From Octopus vulgaris (taxonomy: Eukaryota), in the NCBI GenBank assembly GCA_951406725.2, contig OX597814.1, positions 94,550,001-94,614,000 on the forward strand: a stretch of DNA of 64,000 nt. The letters are read 5' to 3'. Below, piece by piece: positions 57,890 to 64,000 of this stretch. Position 1 is the first letter of the stretch. Every line of letters starts with the position of its first letter. Position numbers and translations under genes: made by a program. The notes under the pieces are model-generated. The model saw only the letters and a list, made by a program, of their open reading frames with translations, did not search any database and was not told the origin of the DNA.

Positions 57890-59162
57890 TCCAAAAGGAG
57901 CTCCCGTTCTTGGATATACTAATTAAAAAAAATAACCTTAAAATAGAAACAGACATTTTCTACAAAGCCACAGACGCCAAACAATACCTTCTCTTTAATT
58001 CATGCCACCCAAGACACACTAAAACAAACATCCCCTTCAACCTTGCAAGAAGGATATGCACAATAGTGTCAGAACAAAATACCAGGAACTTTAGACTGCA
58101 AGAACTCAAAACACCCTAATTGACAGACATTACCCAGCTCAACTCATAGAGGATGGGATCAGACGTGCAACAGAAATCAACATAGAAACTTTAAGAAAAG
58201 TTCAACACAACAACACACCTTCCCCGAAAATACTACCTTACATATCTACATACAACCCCAGAAACAAAGAAGCCTTCACCATCATCACCCAGAATTTACC
58301 AATACTTCATAAAAACCCCAAATTAAAGGAAATTCTAAACATACGCCAAATCATTAAAAGCTACAAACAGCCTAAATCACTTAAAAAGATTCTCACAAAG
58401 GCAAAATTGTCTTCTGAAATTACGGATGCAAAAGTAAAAAAATGTGGTAGATCGAACTGTGCAACATGTCCTAACCTGCTAGAAGGATCAGAATTCCTCT
58501 TTAAAGAGGGACAGAAATACAAGATCAAATCTAACTTTACTTCTGCCTCTGAAAACATAATTTATGTCATAAAATGCTCGGGCTGCCACCAAGACTACGT
58601 GGGTTCCACAGGACTATCACTCAGACGTAGATGCACACTGCATCGACAACAGATTGCATTCCCAGAATATAGAATGATACCTTTTAGTGAGCACATTGAG
58701 AAATGCGCAAAGCAACTACTACCACAATTTTTAATCTTTCCATTTTACCAATGTGCTTTCGGATCATCAACACAAATTAGACTAAACAAGGAAACATTCT
58801 TCATTGAAAAGTACAAGCCCAGACTCAACCATCCGAACATACTGATACAGAGAAATTCACATTAAGGGAAAGGAAAAAAATTTTTTAAGCGATTATCTCC
58901 CTTACACCGGAAGAACTCACCCACTACCTTCCCTTATTTAGAACTCTCCGGAGCTTAAACACAAGGATAACTCTATTAAACATAAACATAACGTCACAAG
59001 AAATTTGAAAAGCTAAATGCGAAACCGGTCTTTCTTTAAAAGTTATGTCATTATAAAGGAAAAAAAATTTGTTTAAAAAAATTTCTAACATTCTTCAGAC
59101 ATATTGACGCAAATATATATATTTTTTAACATTTAAGCCTTCTGTCGTTTTTTCACTCTTTA

Positions 59163-59167
<5 letters not shown>
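57890..59167 (+). mobile_element. 5'-truncated Penelope-like element, Neptune-like (RT C-terminus, Zn linker, GIY-YIG, pLTR)
   Basis: ELPFLDI...TDIFYKATDAKQYLLFNSCHP...IPFNLARRICTIVS, one frameshift near 58112, then CGRSNCATC, NIIYVIKCSGCHQDYVGSTG..LRRRCTLH and KETFFIEKYKPRLN. Stop at 58865. Ends in (AT)n. Confidence 0.93.
58998..59036 (+). ncRNA. Variant hammerhead-like motif (U3:A8 core) in the pLTR; identical copy at 25449-25487 and in the opposite arm
   Basis: AAGAAA-T-TTGAAAA-GC(taaat)GC-GAAAC-CG-GTC-TTTCTT. Confidence 0.6.
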
Positions 59168-59234
<67 letters not shown>

Positions 59235-59238
<4 letters not shown>

Positions 59239-59505
59239 CATAAGGGACTAAAGCCATCTGAATATGGCTAGGGACAGGCAGGGTGGTGGGGGTGTTACTG
59301 TTGCATTTAGCCCCAGGCGAACATCGACGTCGCTAGATAGGCTTGACACCGTCACGGTGTCCTTTAACCTGCAAAAGGACACCGTGACGGTGTCAAGCCT
59401 ATCTAGCGACGTCGATGTTCGCCTGGGGCTAAATGCAACAGTAACACCCCCACCACCCTGCCCTGTCCCTAGCCATATTCAGATGGCTTTAGTCCCTTAT
59501 GTTAT
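59235..59505. repeat. Near-perfect GC-rich palindrome (~131-bp arms, 8-nt spacer)
   Basis: Arms differ by one indel (gacaggcagg versus gacagggcagg). Spacer aacctgca at 59366-59373. Confidence 0.95.
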
Positions 59506-59566
59506 CGAGCAGTTACTGTCTATATCTCTTTTAGAGAATTATTATTATATATATATATATATATAC

Positions 59567-60138
59567 ATAAACTTAGATAAACTTAGATATGTTTCGACCA
59601 AAGATTGGCCCACGCCATGTCTAACTTAATAGCACCACCTGATAGGATTATTCGAATCTTGTTTAAGTCAAATTTTGTTCAAGTAGTGAGTTCTTGTTGG
59701 GTGAGTTGTATCCAATTATGGGTGGCTTATCTGGTATTCTTTGAAGGAATCTATCCAGACTCCGTTTAAAGTTGATGGGATCCTTTTCCTCTTTGATTTC
59801 CCTCGGGACAATGTTAAATAGGGCAGGGCCTGTTGAGGAAAAGAAATTATGTTGCAGTGTACATGTATGTTGTGATCTTGAATTGGGCAGGGGACGTATG
59901 GCCCGTGGTCCCAGTCTTGGATGAACCTTGAAGCTAATGTTAAGGTCGTTTGGGCAAAGTTGGCGGTATATTCTCCACATCGTACAAATGATGTACCGCT
60001 CACGGCGACGCTGGGGGAGTAAAGTTTCAAGGCTTTAAGGCGATCCCAATAATCGAGAGCAGCCATGCCTTCAATTCGTTTAGTGAGTGCCCTCTAGGGT
60101 GACTCAATTCTGGAGATGTTTTGTCTTGTATGTTTTGT
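59567..60138 (-). mobile_element. 3' end of a CR1-group LINE
   Basis: ISRIESP*RALTKRIEGMAALDYWDRLKALKLYS/QRRRERYII...GPALFNIVP...FKRSLDRFLQRIPDKP. Tail (ATCTAAGTTT)2. Confidence 0.85.
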
Positions 60139-61150
60139 CTCTAATTAATGCTTCGGATTTTACCGAAATAAGCAGAGTGTTTGTTGATTTTAACCCACGC
60201 TGGTGGAAAGGGGAGAGCAGAAATTCTTCGCTTGCATGTTTGAGTTTGTTGGCACTGTTAGTTACGAGCAGATCTTCGAAAGCGATGAGAGGCCGAAAGA
60301 GTATGCTCTCACTTTCAGTGTTTTCAAATCCAAACCAAGGAGTTTCTGAGCTGATGATAGAAGTGTTGTGATGACTAATCTTGAAACGTACGTTCTCAAA
60401 TAACCTTTGCATTTGATTTTTTGATGTCTTTACCCCCAAACTTTCGTGAGTTGAGTTGACCAAACACTATATGAGAGAGATTTTCTTTAAGTATTAGAAA
60501 TGGTTTTTAAAAAAGTTTTTTAGCTGCTATTTCTAATGAGTTCAGTATGCGGCAAAGTAATTTATTTTACTAAGCCCTTTTATATATTGTAATAATTTGA
60601 ATTCGCCTTAAATGGTCCCTTTGCATACTGAACACTTGGTGAAATTAATTAATAATTAATTAATTTTACCCTCAATTGTTGAAATTATAATTAATCTCCC
60701 TCTAATTAATGCTTCGGATTTTACCGAAATAAGCAGAGTGTTTGTTGATTTTAACCCACGCTGGTGGAAAGGGGAGAGCAGAAATTCTTCGCTTGCATGT
60801 TTGAGTTTGTTGGCACTGTTAGTTACGAGCAGATCTTCGAAAGCGATGAGAGGCCGAAAGAGTATGCTCTCACTTTCAGTGTTTTCAAATCCAAACCAAG
60901 GAGTTTCTGAGCTGATGATAGAAGTGTTGTGATGACTAATCTTGAAACGTACGTTCTCAAATAACCTTTGCATTTGATTTTTTGATGTCTTTACCCCCAA
61001 ACTTTCGTGAGTTGAGTTGACCAAACACTATATGAGAGAGATTTTCTTTAAGTATTAGAAATGGTTTTTTAAAAAAGTTTTTTAGCTGCTATTTCTAATG
61101 AGTTCAGTATGCGGCAAAGTAATTTATTTTACTAAGCCCTTTTATATATT
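60139..61150 (+). repeat. Tandem direct repeat (two ~450-bp near-identical copies, 561-bp period) with hammerhead-like motifs
   Basis: 60139-60588 matches 60700-61150 except for one T indel. The motif lies at 60278-60316 and 60839-60877. Ends in (AT)n. Confidence 0.9.
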
Positions 61151-61850
61151 ATATATATATATATATATCAATGATACAAAAACACACCTTTATCGGTACT
61201 GCGTTAAAGAGACAGTTCCAAGCAGTACAATAAATAGATAAAAGTTTGCATATAAAGTCTTCGTATATTGAGAAAGAGAGAATAGATATACGTCTGGAAA
61301 GAACTTCTAACTATTAGAGTTTATCTGTAGGCTTGCGCTTACTGATTTACTGCAGATTTCAATGCAAAACAAAACGACCAGAGTGCCCCAGATGCTGCAG
61401 TATATCCTCAATTGTTGCATTAACATTGTCGATCAACTTACATTAAGTATTACGGGTCACTGAATGTAGTGTTAAAATCATTGACCATTAGCCCCACAAA
61501 CTTTAGTTCAACCTGTACATGCTGAACGTAAATATCTTTGGTTCAGCTATAAAAACGGTAATCTCCGAATATGTAATGTCATAGGTCGGTATTCTGATTG
61601 ATTAGTTACAGCTCAGCATATATTGAATTATTACAGATTATTCAATACTCTACAGTTATACAATTGTAGACGAAGTATTAGGACCATTAATAAAAGTTAT
61701 ATTGGCCGTTTAGGCCATTTATTAACCATCATGTTCAGTAATTTACATTCCAAGCTGTGTCTGTGTGTGCGTGCTTTATAACTTAGACTTAAGAAAGTCA
61801 AAGCCACTGCATATATCTTTTCAATGTTTTTGTTGATGTAACAAAAACAA

Positions 61851-61916
<66 letters not shown>

Positions 61917-62294
61917 AAGTTTAGTAGAGTTAGAATTTGGAATAGCCGTCTAAAGGATAAAATTATCCGTTATACTACCGGTATAATTACCTATATATAT
62001 ACCTGGATATATTTAAGCAAGCATATTATGCTCATAGTTTACAGGTGATGACAAAGATAAACATGAGTTTATCAGGAATGAAATTTAAAGTAAACAGAAA
62101 ATGGAAAAATATTGATCAACAAAAAATTACTTACATCAATTATTATTTTTTAATTAAATACAAATAGGGATACAGTCTATTTCTATTGAATTACAAAATA
62201 ATAATTAATGTAAGTCAATTGTTGATCAATATTTTCCATTTTCTGTTTACGTTATATTTACATATATATGTACGTATGTATGTATGTATGTATG

Positions 62295-62338
<44 letters not shown>

Positions 62339-63814
62339 CATATATATATACATATACATATACATATACATATAAATATACATATATATTTATATATATA
62401 TGTACATATATGTGCATTTGTTTGTTTGTATGTATATATACATGTTTTATATACATATATATGTATATATGTATGCATGTATGCACGTACGTACGTATGT
62501 ATGTATGTTTGTGTACTAAAAGCAAAACCTATCAAAAGGATAGATGGACCAAGTGTAGGTTCAAGCAATAGCACGTGCCCTCAGAAATTCTGGGTTAGTG
62601 TCCGACGTGCTGGAAGACCACTGTGTGAGACAGCCCTTAGCTTCAGTTAAAGCATGCCTTTGAGAGAAGTTCACACTGATATAAGACCAGATATGTAGGG
62701 AATGGCTTTGGACATTTGAGGGGGTCTATTGCTTGTGCTTCAGAGCATGACAGACCTATATTGTCACGTGATATCTTCCTCTGGCGTATCTCTGGAAGGT
62801 GTCAATAGGGTAGAGACGGTTTGTGAGGTTCTGATGAAGCTGCCCTATCAGATCTAAAATTTGAGATTGTGCAGTCACCGACCAGGCGAATATTTGATGC
62901 CCAGTTGCATAGGAGAGCACCGCGGCGAGCTTGAAGCCGCAGACATGAACCTGGTTGAAGCCGATAGTTAGTGCAATAACTCAATGAGCGAGCATTGCAG
63001 GCATTTTGCATGGGCGAAGGTAAGTGACGGTCTTTCTCGGTCATCAACTATCATCACTATAGGTTTATATAAGACAAGCTTCAGCTCAGTATCCGTCTAC
63101 GAAAATTCCACTTTCAGATACTTCTCTACGTATCGCGTAAAGAGATAGCGTGCGAAACCACGTGTATTGTGTGTGTGTATATGTGTGTGCGTGTATGCGT
63201 GTGTGTATACATGCCTGTGTGTCTGTTTGATAGTTCTTTTATAATCAACAATGATTATTACGTCTTTATTCTTTATTTTATATGTGAACACATGCGAACG
63301 TCCGCGCATAGTCACATATACTTTCTCCTTTCTCCCTAGTCCTGCCTCTTTCTTTCATTCTATCTCTACCTTAATTTCTCTCTCTACTTCCAATTCTCTC
63401 TCACTCTCTCTCTTCCTATCTCTATCTCTCTCTCTCTCCCGTTTCATTTCTGTGTCTTTTCTTCCATTTCTTTCTATCTCCGTCTATCTACGCACATCCG
63501 TATGCACCAATACATATTTTCATGCACATGCATATATTCCATTATATCTGTGTATAGCTACAACTGACGACCCGATGACCTTTAACAATTCCGAAGTTGT
63601 TGAAACATCTCCACGTGTTCTGCTGACGTAGATATTGATCCGTTTCAAAGATTTTCATCAGATTAATGATAATAACCTTCTAATAAAGAACATTTAGAAC
63701 AATATAGTTTACTTACACGTAAATAAGTTCCCCTTTTGTCAGAAGACTACTTGACACTATTAATCATTCTAAAAGGCAATATAGAGTTTATAGAGCTGTA
63801 TATGCATCTATTCA

Positions 63815-63838
63815 GACAGATAGATAGATCGATAGATC

Positions 63839-63906
<68 letters not shown>

Positions 63907-63948
63907 TGTGTTTGTGTGTATACACATGTGTGTGTGTATAAATATGTA

Positions 63949-63998
<50 letters not shown>
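63815..63998. repeat. (GATA)n and (AT)n microsatellites
   Basis: Directly visible. Many further (AT)n, (GT)n and (ATT)n tracts across the window are not listed individually. Confidence 0.95.
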
Positions 63999-64000
63999 GG

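Noticed and set aside
60104-61024. Duplicated 119/122-aa minus-strand ORFs
   Set aside because: They have a non-ATG start and no recognisable motif, and their identity reflects the recent duplication only.

Overview
This is repeat-dense, AT-rich eukaryotic intergenic or intronic DNA. The SINE families and microsatellite spectrum suggest a coleoid cephalopod, most likely Octopus (recognised from memory, not searched). I found no convincing host protein-coding gene; most listed ORFs are microsatellite or antisense artefacts. Main contents: (1) a ~7.3 kb array of seven near-identical, identically 5'-truncated 3' ends of an R4/Dong-type RLE retrotransposon, separated by long (AAT)n tracts (10975-18233); (2) decayed mariner, Tc1 (DD36E spacing), Helitron-like, MITE, CR1-group, L1/Tx1 and further RLE remnants; (3) a 5'-truncated Neptune-like Penelope element (57890-59167); (4) many foldback or tandem non-autonomous elements next to (AT)n tracts, several with minimal type I hammerhead ribozyme folds, including non-canonical cores; (5) a three-level nest at 55655-57337 containing a tRNA-headed SINE-like element with an internal (AAT)n tract, a hammerhead-bearing tail and an 11-bp target-site duplication (TSD). 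All folds and alignments were done by eye.
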